A DNA stretch of 64,000 bases from Eukaryota sp. TZLM1-RC (lineage: Eukaryota > Protista > Metamonada: BaSk clade), in the NCBI GenBank assembly GCA_040285825.1, contig JAUPSS010000007.1, positions 1,078,501-1,142,500 of the forward strand. The letters are read 5' to 3'. Made by a program: the position numbers and the translations under genes. The notes beneath the pieces are model-generated. The model searched no databases and was not told the DNA's origin. It saw only the letters and a program-made list of their open reading frames with translations. Of this stretch, positions 1 through 10,238 are shown in pieces; the first letter of the stretch is position 1, and each line of letters begins with the position of its first letter.

Positions 1-1858
1 GAGAAGACTTATCCTTTTCAACTTGCAATGCATCAGCAAATTGTTCGTGTTCAAGCGGCACATTTCGAATTTGGACAAGATCATAAGTTGCTTCAAATTC
101 TACCTTTTCTTCTTCAGACAGGTCAAGTATATCATTCTCAACCCATGTTTTGAATTCATCAAAAACTTCTTCCAAAACCACTGGAACAGAGGGATCAAAA
201 TCATTGTTGAAAATGGCTGCATTTGCTTCATTCTGAATAGTCTGCAAATCTTTAGTGTAATCATAATCATCTTTTGTATGTGTAAAGAAGACAAGAGTCA
301 TTAAAGATTCTTCACTTCCCAAAAAAGTAGCGGCTGTGGCGGTATCGACTGGGTTTGGCAGGTTAGCCAAAAGAGTGTTAAGTTCCGAAATACCTTCCAT
401 GGGAAATTCGGCTGATTTGCTATCAAGGAACCCAACAATGTTGGCTAAACTTACAGCTGAATTATCGAGAGAATCATGATTTAAATGGTACAAGTAGAAA
501 AACATTCTGGCTTGGTCTAAATCAAACCCCATTTCGCTCATTGCAGTGGGATTGACTGGCATTCCTATGGTGTTCGAGTAAGCCCGATGGTACAAGAAAG
601 AAGATTGCTCATCAACTTTGAATTCACCAACTTTTTGAACCAAGCTATTTTCAGCGGCAAAGGTGTCGTCTACATTGAAGGGATCATAAAGCACCATTAC
701 CTGTTCAGACTGCCCAAACACACTGATGATTTCCAGTTCATCATCAATGGAAGGTACTTCAGAGAATCCATGAACAATGTTTTGTTGGACAACAAAAGCA
801 GAGATTACTATTAATACAGTGAATAAGGGAATAACTTTGTTTCCTTTAATAGAAACCTTAGCTAGGAATTCACCACTGAAACGAAGAGGAGTTTTCTTGG
901 TTTTCTGGCAAATTCTATCAAAAACAATCATTAAACCTGGTAAAATAGAAAACACCGAGCAAAGGGCAAAAAACACCCCTTTTGCCATCACAGCACCAAT
1001 ATCAAAACCAACACCAAACGACATAACAGTAAGGGAAAGCATACCTGCCACAGTGGTAAGGGAAGAGCTTGCAATGGGAATAATTGATTTAGAAAGAGCT
1101 TCAATCATGGCCTCTTCCTTTGTTTCAAATCTGTCTTCTTCTTCATGGTAACGGTTGAGTAACATAATGAAATAGTCCATAGAGAGACCTAGAATTAAAA
1201 CACTCGAGATTGATTCTGTAATAAAAGAAACATGTTCAAAGATGATATTAGTCCCCATATTTAAAATAACAGCTACAGAAATAACAATTGCAAAAATAAC
1301 AGGTTCAAAAAAGGAAGAAGAAGAAATGGTTAGAATTCCAAAAACTATTAATCCAGCAACAGTGATCATTTGGGGTAATTCAGTTTCAACAGTCTCTCTC
1401 ATCATCTGTTCAACAATCGCACCTCCTCCAAGGTAGGGATTGTAGTCTTCAAGCTTGGAGCGGATGTCATTGATGGTATCTTCGGCTTCAGGAGAGCTAT
1501 TATCTTCCGTGAGCGAAACAACGTAGAGGGCAGTGTCATCTTTATAGTGCATGTTATCTTCTGGGTCAAATACGATGGAATCTACGTGGGGTAGGTCTGA
1601 CAGTTGTTGGAGAATGGAGAGTGCGGTAGGAACATCGATGTCTTTGATCATAACTCTGAGGGAACCACCCATTGCCGGGTAATCCTCACGGACAATGTCG
1701 AGTGCGATAGAGGTTTCAGAATCTTCGGGAAGGTATACAGCCATGTCATAATTGATAGAAACATGGGTAGAGAGCCATGCGGAAGTAGCAACCAACAGTG
1801 CGACGATGGAAAAAATGATACGGCGTTTCTTGACGATAAACGTTGCAAGCTTTTCCAT
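1..1858 (-). CDS. MMPL/RND-family membrane transporter, bacterial type (3' part runs off window)
   Basis: Not in the ORF track because it is open at the edge. Manual translation from ATG 1858 (MEKLATFIVKKRRIIFSIVALLVATSAWLSTHVSINYDMAVYLPEDSETS...) stays open to base 2. It has an N-terminal TM, a soluble loop and a TM bundle with the MMPL signatures LGLSMDYFIMLLNRYHEE and SSLTTVAGMLSL. Confidence 0.85.
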   Translation of the reverse strand, partial: MEKLATFIVKKRRIIFSIVALLVATSAWLSTHVSINYDMAVYLPEDSETSIALDIVREDYPAMGGSLRVMIKDIDVPTALSILQQLSDLPHVDSIVFDPEDNMHYKDDTALYVVSLTEDNSSPEAEDTINDIRSKLEDYNPYLGGGAIVEQMMRETVETELPQMITVAGLIVFGILTISSSSFFEPVIFAIVISVAVILNMGTNIIFEHVSFITESISSVLILGLSMDYFIMLLNRYHEEEDRFETKEEAMIEALSKSIIPIASSSLTTVAGMLSLTVMSFGVGFDIGAVMAKGVFFALCSVFSILPGLMIVFDRICQKTKKTPLRFSGEFLAKVSIKGNKVIPLFTVLIVISAFVVQQNIVHGFSEVPSIDDELEIISVFGQSEQVMVLYDPFNVDDTFAAENSLVQKVGEFKVDEQSSFLYHRAYSNTIGMPVNPTAMSEMGFDLDQARMFFYLYHLNHDSLDNSAVSLANIVGFLDSKSAEFPMEGISELNTLLANLPNPVDTATAATFLGSEESLMTLVFFTHTKDDYDYTKDLQTIQNEANAAIFNNDFDPSVPVVLEEVFDEFKTWVENDILDLSEEEKVEFEATYDLVQIRNVPLEHEQFADALQVEKDKSS

Positions 1859-3178
1859 GTCCACTGAAAGGTAGGAAGTTGACGTGAGTTTTGATTGTAA
1901 AAATATGCAATGGGTCGATACGTCATCATCACGTTATCATTCCATCATCAAATTGGATGAATGTTTATCATCAAAGAACAGCTTGCTGATTGAAGGTGTA
2001 AACATGTAGTATTCTACTTTGGGTTCATCTTGAATCATTCAAGTATTTTATCTTTATGTTACAAATCTACGCCAATTTATACATGTATGTTTCCACCTTG
2101 TTGCTGCTCCAGAGGTCAAGGCTAGGAGAAGCAATTACATCTTACAAATCATTTCGTCATTCTGTTGAATCGTTGATGGTTCAATTCGTGCTGCTTTGAC
2201 TACAATTTTGAACCCCACATCAGGTGTTGACAAACAATCTTCATGCAGAGCACAAGAATAAATCTACAATTGTGTTGCTGAGAAACCAACTATGTTACAA
2301 AAAAAGAACAGATAAAACCCTTATTCACTAATTAATAGAAAATTAAGTCAATTGTTGGGAAACTTGATAAATAAAGAGGAATGTATTGCTCTGTCGCTGA
2401 AACAAAAACTTGAAAAAGTTGCTGAACTCGAACAAATTCAAATTTTACCTTTGAAGTAACAAATGAAATTTCGTGTTTGAAATGATTTGGTTCAAGAATT
2501 AACTAATCACTAACTACTCACCATTCACCATTCACGATGTCAAGCAGTATTTGACTAAAAGAACTCAAATATCAGTACTGAACATCAATAATATTGGAAA
2601 AAATCCCCTTCATGATTTCAAACCGCATCAACATGGTCGTATCGGCCGAACAGGCCCATCAAATGTTACCCTTTTTGAAGGAATCAAGAACTTCATGTAT
2701 GTACATGTTGTATGGTTTCCTTATGAATGAATTTGGGCAGCACATAAGTCATCTTTAGTTGCAATTGGCGCCGTAGGTCGAAAAGGAAGGGTTAGATAAA
2801 GAGAATGAGATAAAGTTGATTAATTTTCGTATTCATACTAGAAAAGCCTAAAGGCGCCAACACTGCTTCTTCCCCTTTTCAAAATCAATCAGCTTTATAA
2901 TGAATATCTAACTAATACAATATACTATACTAATTTCTACTTCTACTACTACGTCTAGGCCGTTTAGGGGCGCTAGGCTCGTTAGTGGTATCTTTTCTAT
3001 TAGAAGAACGTTTGCCAACTTTTCCAGATTTCTTATCTTTAATAAACATCTAAAAAAATAGTAAAGAAGCAACGGCCGTATTCTTGCCATAGTAATACAA
3101 TTATAGTGGAGGTGGAGCCTCTACTCGTAACCTCGTATGTAGTCGACTTTGTTTTGTGTTTGTAGTCTGTAGTCTGGG

Positions 3179-3724
3179 CTACAGAGTTTGAAACCCAACG
3201 TTTCTTCCATTTTTTGGAATTTGCATCCATAAAGGAGGGAGCTGTTCAAACAAACAGTAATCTGTAGGTTCGAGGTGAGCCTCCGCGTCCTTCATTATTT
3301 GCTGGCGAAGTTTTTTAACTTCGTCCTCCAATTCGTCTAGCGCAGGTTGAAGTTCTTCGTATCCTTTTAGGACAGAAGAAACTTCTGAACTTGATCCAAC
3401 AGTTGTGCTTTTTGGCGAGGATGGGGTTCCCGTTCTTGAAATTTTTTGTGGATGGTTGGACCTGGAAGAAATGGGAGGTGGTTCCGAGCCCGGTTCCATT
3501 ATTTTGGACTTGGAAGAGGCCGGAAGTGGTTCCGTGCCTGATTCCACGAGTTTTCCTTGAGGAGGGGTGGAGGGTGGTCTCGAGCCCGAGTCTTCATCTT
3601 TATTCGTCTTTACTACTTTTCCTGTTGATGTATGTTTGCTGAAAGCATCCCTGTCGTGTTTTTGCATGATAATTTTCAAGAAGTCAGTGCTCTGGCTGGG
3701 AGGGACCGACATGATATCTGCCAA
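3179..3724 (-). CDS. Hypothetical 181-aa Ser/Pro-rich protein with short coiled coil, array copy 1
   Basis: ATG-initiated ORF preserved in all four units; low-complexity N-half then LKGYEELQPALDELEDEVKKLRQQIMKD; no family recognised. Confidence 0.5.
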   Translation of the reverse strand: MADIMSVPPSQSTDFLKIIMQKHDRDAFSKHTSTGKVVKTNKDEDSGSRPPSTPPQGKLVESGTEPLPASSKSKIMEPGSEPPPISSRSNHPQKISRTGTPSSPKSTTVGSSSEVSSVLKGYEELQPALDELEDEVKKLRQQIMKDAEAHLEPTDYCLFEQLPPLWMQIPKNGRNVGFQTL

Positions 3725-4206
3725 AGATATCTTCTGTAAGAAAGCTGTGTGTTGTCAAAGTGGAATACCTAAAACCTAAATGGCCAATAATTATTGTTGC
3801 CGTAGGTCGGAAAGGAAGGGTTAGATAAAGAGAATGAGATAAAGTTTAATTATTTTCAATTCATACTAGAAAAGCCTAAAGGCGCCAACACTGCTTCTTC
3901 CCCTTTTCAAAATCAATCAGCTTTATAATGAATATCTAACTAATACAATATACTATACTAATTTCTACTTCTACTACTACGTCTAGGCCGTTTAGGGGCG
4001 CTAGGCTCGTTAGTGGTATCTTTTCTATTAGAAGAACGTTTGCCAACTTTTCCAGATTTCTTATCTTTAATAAACATCTAAAAAAATAGTAAAGAAGCAA
4101 CGGCCGTATTCTTGCCATAGTAATGCAATTATAGCGGAGGTAGAGCCTCTACTCGTAACCTCGTATGTAGTCGACTTTGTTTTGTGTTTGTAGTCTGTAG
4201 TCTGGG

Positions 4207-4752
4207 CTACAGAGTTTGAAACCCAACGTTTCTTCCTTTTTTTGGAATTTGCATCCATAAAGGAGGGAGCTGTTCAAACAAACAGTAATCTGTAGGTTCG
4301 AGGTGAGCCTCCGCGTCCTTCATTATTTGCTGGCGAAGTTTTTTAACTTCGTCCTCCAATTCTTCTAGCGCAGGTTGAAGTTCTTCGTATCCTTTTAGGA
4401 CAGAAGAAACTTTTGAACTTGATCCAACAGTTGTGCTTTTTGGCGAGGATGGGGTTCCCGTTCTTGAAATTTTTTGTGGATGGTTGGACCTGGAAGAAAT
4501 GGGAGGTGGTTCCGAGCCCGGTTCCATTATTTTGGACTTGGAAGAGGCCGGAAGTGGTTCCGTGCCTGATTCCACGAGTTTTCCTTGAGGAGGGGTGGAG
4601 GGTGGTCTCGAGCCCGAGTCTTCATCTTTATTCGTCTTTACTACTTTTCCTGTTGATGTATGTTTGCTGAAAGCATCCCTGTCGTGTTTCTGCATGATAA
4701 TTTTCAAGAAGTCAGTGCTCTGGCTGGGAGGGACCGACATGATATCTGCCAA
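4207..4752 (-). CDS. Hypothetical 181-aa protein, array copy 2
   Basis: Near-identical to copy 1. Confidence 0.5.
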   Translation of the reverse strand: MADIMSVPPSQSTDFLKIIMQKHDRDAFSKHTSTGKVVKTNKDEDSGSRPPSTPPQGKLVESGTEPLPASSKSKIMEPGSEPPPISSRSNHPQKISRTGTPSSPKSTTVGSSSKVSSVLKGYEELQPALEELEDEVKKLRQQIMKDAEAHLEPTDYCLFEQLPPLWMQIPKKGRNVGFQTL

Positions 4753-5234
4753 AGATATCTTCTGTAAGAAAGCTGTGTGTTGTCAAAGTGGAATACCTAT
4801 AACCTAAATGGCCAATAATTATTGTTGCCGTAGGTCGGAAAGGAAGGGTTAGAAAAAGAGAATGAGATAAAGTTTAATTATTTTCAATTCATACTAGAAA
4901 AGCCTAAAGGCGCCAACACTGCTTCTTCCCCTTTTCAAAATCAATCAGCTTTATAATGAATATCTAACTAATACAATATACTATACTAATTTCTACTTCT
5001 ACTACTACGTCTAGGCCGTTTAGGGGCGCTAGGGTCGTTAGTGGTATCTTTTCTATTAGAAGAACGTTTGCCAACTTTTCCAGATTTCTTATCTTTAATA
5101 AACATCTAAAAAAATAGTAAAGAAGCAACGGCCGTATTCTTGCCATAGTAATGCAATTATAGCGGAGGTGGAGCCTCTACTCGTAACCTCGTATGTAGTC
5201 GACTTTGTTTTGTGTTTGTAGTCTGTAGTCTGGG

Positions 5235-5780
5235 CTACAGAGTTTGAAACCCAACTTTTCTTCCTTTTTTTGGAATTTGCATCCATAAAGGAGGGAGCTG
5301 TTCAAACAAACAGTAATCTGTAGGTTCGAGGTGAGTCTCCGCGTCCTTCATTATTTGCTGGCGAAGTTTTTTAACTTCGTCCTCCAATTCGTCTAGCGCA
5401 GGTTGAAGTTCTTCGTATCCTTTTAGGACAGAAGAAACTTTTGAACTTGATCCAACAGTTGTGCTTTTTGGCGAGGATGGGGTTCCCGTTCTTGAAATTT
5501 TTTGTGGATGGTTGGACCTGGAAGAAATGGGAGGTGGTTCCGAGCCCGGTTCCATTATTTTGGACTTGGAAGAGGCCGGAAGTGGTTCCGTGCCTGATTC
5601 CACGAGTTTTCCTTGAGGAGGGGTGGAGGGTGGTCTCGAGCCCGAGTCTTCATCTTTATTCGTCTTTACTACTTTTCCTGTTGATGTATGTTTGCTGAAA
5701 GCATCCCTGTCGTGTTTCTGCATGATAATTTTCAAGAAGTCAGTGCTCTGGCTGGGAGGGACCGACATGATATCTGCCAA
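5235..5780 (-). CDS. Hypothetical 181-aa protein, array copy 3
   Basis: Near-identical to copy 1. Confidence 0.5.
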   Translation of the reverse strand: MADIMSVPPSQSTDFLKIIMQKHDRDAFSKHTSTGKVVKTNKDEDSGSRPPSTPPQGKLVESGTEPLPASSKSKIMEPGSEPPPISSRSNHPQKISRTGTPSSPKSTTVGSSSKVSSVLKGYEELQPALDELEDEVKKLRQQIMKDAETHLEPTDYCLFEQLPPLWMQIPKKGRKVGFQTL

Positions 5781-6261
5781 AGATATCTTCTGTAAGAAAG
5801 CTGTGTGTTGTCAAAGTGGAATACCTATAACCTAAATGGCCAATAATTATTGTTGCCGTAGGTCGGAAAGGAAGGGTTAGAAAAAGAGAATGAGATAAAG
5901 TTTAATTATTTTCAATTCATACTAGAAAAGCCTAAAGGCGCCAACACTGCTTCTTCCCCTTTTCAAAATCAATCAGCTTTATAATGAATATCTAACTAAT
6001 ACAATATACTATACTAATTTCTACTTCTACTACTACGTCTAGGCCGTTTAGGGGCGCTAGGGTCGTTAGTGGTATCTTTTCTATTAGAAGAACGTTTGCC
6101 AACTTTCCAGATTTCTTATCTTTAATAAACATCTAAAAAAATAGTAAAGAAGCAACGGCCGTATTCTTGCCATAGTAATGCAATTATAGCGGAGGTGGAG
6201 CCTCTACTCGTAACCTCGTATGTAGTCGACTTTGTTTTGTGTTTGTAGTCTGTAGTCTGGG

Positions 6262-6807
6262 CTACAGAGTTTGAAACCCAACTTTTCTTCCTTTTTTTGG
6301 AATTTGCATCCATAAAGGAGGGAGCTGTTCAAACAAACAGTAATCTGTAGGTTCGAGGTGAGTCTCCGCGTCCTTCATTATTTGCTGGCGAAGTTTTTTA
6401 ACTTCGTCCTCCAATTCGTCTAGCGCAGGTTGAAGTTCTTCGTATCCTTTTAGGACAGAAGAAACTTCTGAACTTGATCCAGCAGTTGTGCTTTTTGGCG
6501 AGGATGGGGGTCCCGTTCTTGAAATTTTTTGTGGATGGTTGGACCTGGAAGAAATGGGAGGTGGTTCCGAGCCCGGTTCCATTATTTTGGACTTGGAAGA
6601 GGCCGGAAGTGGTTCCGTGCCTGATTCCACGAGTTTTCCTTGAGGAGGGGTGGAGGGTGGTCTCGAGCCCGAGTCTTCATCTTTATTCGTCTTTACTACT
6701 TTTCCTGTTGATGTATGTTTGCTGAAAGCGTCCCTGTCGTGTTTTTGCATGATAATTTTCAAGAAGTCAGTGCTCTGGCTGGGAGGGACCGACATGATAT
6801 CTGCCAA
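6262..6807 (-). CDS. Hypothetical 181-aa protein, array copy 4
   Basis: Near-identical to copy 1. Confidence 0.5.
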   Translation of the reverse strand: MADIMSVPPSQSTDFLKIIMQKHDRDAFSKHTSTGKVVKTNKDEDSGSRPPSTPPQGKLVESGTEPLPASSKSKIMEPGSEPPPISSRSNHPQKISRTGPPSSPKSTTAGSSSEVSSVLKGYEELQPALDELEDEVKKLRQQIMKDAETHLEPTDYCLFEQLPPLWMQIPKKGRKVGFQTL

Positions 6808-7521
6808 AGATATCTTCTGTAAGAAAGCTGTGTGTTGTCAAAGTGGAATACCTTTAACCTAAATGGCCAATAATTATTGTTGCCGTAGGTCGGAAAGGAA
6901 GGGTTAGATAAAGAGAATGAGATAAAGTTTAATTATTTTCAATTCATACTATGAAAGTTTAAGGGCGCAAACACAATGAATTTTGCGTACCTTTTTGGAC
7001 AATAGTTTCAATGATTTCTGGAAATCTAATTATTATTAAATGTATTTAGTGGCAGATGAAAAAAAAAAGAAAAACAGTCTTGATTTGTGAGTCAGCATCA
7101 CCGATGGATCCATATTTAGATGGTATTCATACATTTTAAAAAACTTATTATCAGAGTCTTCTTTTATCAGAGACCATTTCCTTCTGAAATTTCCACTGGA
7201 GGAACAGTTGCTGCTTGCTGCATTTTATTGATGAAAATATTACTCATTCCAAGATCTAGAGTGAAAACCATCTGTAAAGTTTTAGCATTTCAGGCTCTCA
7301 AATCCTCATACGGCATCTTTTTTGATTCTTTTAAAAGAATCTCGTATAAGGATGTCTGATAAAGTAGAATAACAGAAACGCACTGTGGACAGTGACGGTA
7401 CCCTAATAGTGGTTGCAAACTCAGTACTTCACATAGTATGATAATAGGAAAATTATTTTTTGTTATTGATACAATGCAATGAACGAAATTAATAAAGATT
7501 AAATATCAAATTTTTACAAAA

Positions 7522-9719
7522 TTACCTAAACATTCTAAATAAATTAAAAAAAGTGCCAAGATTACCCTTTCCCCAAATGTTAAATAAAAGAATTACCAGT
7601 AAGATAAAAACCAACAACTTTGGCTTATTGAAGCTAAACAAAAGGAATACAAAGGCTATAATCAACACTGTAACAATTAATTTACGATATTGCTTATCTT
7701 TCTGGGAAAGCAGTGACTCAATCATTGAGAAATCTGAAGACAAAGAGGTCAGAATTTGATCAATGACGTCATCAGTGAACAATTTTGAGCCATATTGTTC
7801 ATTAAATGAATTCCAAATAGGTAAAACAATGGTGGTTTCTTTAGAGGGTTCTTCAATATTCTGAACTTTATTCAAAAAGTCAACAATATTCTTCCTGACT
7901 TCTTCTAAATTCTGCTCAGAATTTGATTGTTTGATCCACATATAGAAGGAAATTTGGCTCAGTTTAGGAAATCCAGAATGCAAAAGTTTTCGACACAAAT
8001 TTTCCAAAATTTCAGGATTCAAATTGGTTTTAAATAGTACTGAAGCTGATTCAACAGCAACTGAAGTAAGATGTTCTTTTAAATAACTATGATCAATGTC
8101 TAACTCCATTGAGTGACAAGTTTCGGCAAAAACTTTTTCAGCATTTTCAATAAATTCACCAATTAATGACCAGAAATCAGACCAAAGAGATTCAGAATTT
8201 GGTAAAGGAAAGTTAATCGATTTGATTGATTTTGAAAGTTGATTAGTGGTAAAAGTTGTGATTTTTGACCGATAGTCACGTTTACAGTCATCAATCACAT
8301 CAGCAATTGATTGATTCAGCTTTTCTAATACAGATTCTCCAATTTGGGAAAGTTTAGACCCTATTCTGTTCCAAATATGATTGAACAATCTTTTGGAGTC
8401 ATCATTGGACAATTCATTGAGCTTGACTGTCTTCGCAACGAAAACTTGGAACTTTTTGACAATTTTCTGACTGGAGTTTTCCAAAAAAGTGCCGAGAGCC
8501 TCAACAAAAACAGTTTCTTCCGCCTGATTTTGAACTGATTCCAATTTCTTTTTAAAATGCGACAACGAAGCATCTCCATAGTTGACAATATTCCTTTCTA
8601 AAAGCTCTAAAAACAAATCTTCAATTAAGTCAATAAACTCCAAAGTAACCTTTTCCTTTCCTGAACCATGATAATGAGCAACTTTTCGACTAAATAATCC
8701 ACATAAATCACCAATAAAATTAAATAATTCATTTCCTAAATTAGTCATCGCCTCCCCATTTTTCACACACTCTCTAATTGATCCCTTCTTGAGCTCTTCT
8801 TCTACTGTACACTTCAACTCGTCCAAAATTTCCCTTCCCCTAAATAAAGCAATCATTTCCAATTGTGAAGGAACATCAAGGTCTTTATCACTTGAAATAG
8901 TTTCCCAAATTTGGTTACTGAAAAGGGAAAGATCTGAAAACGGAAGTGGTGATTTATGACGTGTGAAAAGTCCAGAAAGCACGTCATGAAGGTTAGAAAC
9001 AGCATCATCAAAACCTTGTTTTTCCAAAATCATATGAGGAATACCAAAACATTGTAGATCGAATAAATCAGTCAAGACCAAGTCAGTCAACCCAGTTCTC
9101 GAGACCACGTCAGACCAGAGCCTTTCCACGTCATCGGTGAGCTGACTTTCCAAGACTTTCAAAGAAGTTGCCTTTTCCAAATGATCTCTTATGACAAATA
9201 TCAGTGTTTTTCTTGAAATATTGCTATTTGACGAGATGAACAATCGCACGTTAGCCTCAAGAACAGTGCGTAACAAGCTGAGATTAGCGGCTTGGTGTCT
9301 CCCAACGTCGTTATGCCAAAGGTTGACCATGACAACATCAGCAAGGACTAGAGAGAAGAGAGCGAATCTTCGTTCAAAAGTGAGTTGGTCACCCCTTTCT
9401 CTACCATCCGTCCCTTCCGAATCCATGACAAGGATGTTGTCTAGGTTGGAAGGACGGGCTAGCCAGAGACCAAGAGTGGTTTGTTGTCGTCCAGCGGAAG
9501 AGTTGAGGACAGGGAATTGAGTGTCAAAGAGATGATTGAGGAGGGTAGATTTGCCCGAAGACTGGGCACCCATAACAGAAAGAAGGCCATATTTGTGTTT
9601 TAAGGAAGAATTAGATGGTGATTGACAGAAGTCGTCAAGATGATGGCTGGTGTGAATAGAGAGAGTGAGACATACGTATAAGTACCTGTCTCATCGATTA
9701 TTTGAACAGGTTTGTTCAT
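7522..9719 (-). CDS. SEY1: SEY1/RHD3 ER-fusion dynamin-like GTPase, 722 aa, 2 exons (9719-9676, 9646-7522)
   Basis: G1 GAQSSGKSTLLN, G2 RQQTTLGLW, G3 MDSEGTDGRERG, G4 IFVIRD, DLDVPSQ motif and a C-terminal TM hairpin. Removing a 29-nt intron joins MNKPVQIIDETGTY in frame (44+2125=2169 nt). Confidence 0.93.
9647..9675 (-). other. 29-nt spliceosomal intron (GTATGT...CAG) in SEY1
   Basis: gtatgtctcactctctctattcacaccag; canonical ends; its removal restores the typical SEY1 N-terminus (Q-I-I-D-E-x-G). Confidence 0.85.
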
Positions 9720-10238
9720 TATGATGTTGTGTATGTCAATGGAATGAAAAAGTTGAAGATAATCCTCTTTTGCCTCAAAATGACATTCATGGAAAACTAT
9801 CATTTTAGTAATTTTCAAAATTCAAGTATAATAATATTCAATTCAACCATAATATGAGTATTGTCGAAAGAAGTGATTCACTGAATCTGTTCTTTTAGGT
9901 GGAGAGCAGCTCAATTGTTAAAAAATGAAGGGTCGGACTCAAAATCAGTTTCTTTTGATTAGAAGAATTAGTGAATTGCTTCATACAGTTTGTCCTTGTG
10001 GATTAAGATCAAATTTTTTCAACAATTGTGAGCAGTAATGTTTTAGAAGTGAAGGTGCCCCAAACAAACTGATCTATATCGAATTAGCAATTCACAATGA
10101 CAAATATAGAATGAGAGAATTGAATTTGTCTCAGCATTGTTGTGTTATGAACAATGTGGAATTGATGGAGAAAGATATCTGCTCGAGATATGTTGTGGAG
10201 CAAAATTTTTACAATTTCATCAAAAGCTTCATCTTGCA

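Larger units (their letters stand above)
2770..6951. repeat. Tandem array, 4 x 1,028 bp (last unit 1,027) plus one extra ~70-bp terminal module
   Basis: Anchor TTCATACTA recurs at 2832, 3860, 4888, 5916 and 6943; units differ only by scattered substitutions and one 1-bp deletion (~6103). Confidence 0.97.

Noticed and set aside
23-1932. Short ORFs listed over the MMPL gene, and antisense ORFs within SEY1 and the RNF213-like gene
   Set aside because: Shadow frames of longer, motif-bearing genes.
2789-2796. Telomeric GGGTTAG seed
   Set aside because: One heptamer per unit; no telomeric tract anywhere in the window, so a subtelomeric location is unsupported.
2841-2900. 5S rRNA or spliced-leader gene array (AAAGCCTA... 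resembles a reversed 5S end; CRE elements often target SL arrays)
   Set aside because: No 5S internal boxes or stems were recognisable beyond ~8 nt, no SL/Sm-site pattern could be supported, and the array has no retroelement insertion. An Rfam search would settle it.
2900-3180. Alternative genetic code (TAA/TAG = Gln) suggested by many in-frame stops
   Set aside because: The stops are the shadow of NNT-ARN codons in the adjacent frame; host genes end in TAA/TAG and the 12-kb ORF has no internal TAR.
2770-6951. CRISPR array or LTR/TRIM tandem
   Set aside because: The units are identical rather than unique spacers and there are no cas genes; no consistent TG...CA ends, primer-binding site or TSD.
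7100-7400. 79-aa plus-strand ORF or a minus-strand coding-like stretch
   Set aside because: No motif; the minus frame has an internal stop; insufficient evidence.
10137-10238. TTG start for the 4,007-aa ORF
   Set aside because: Eukaryotic context; the first ATG (10239) directly precedes the CBM20-like domain.
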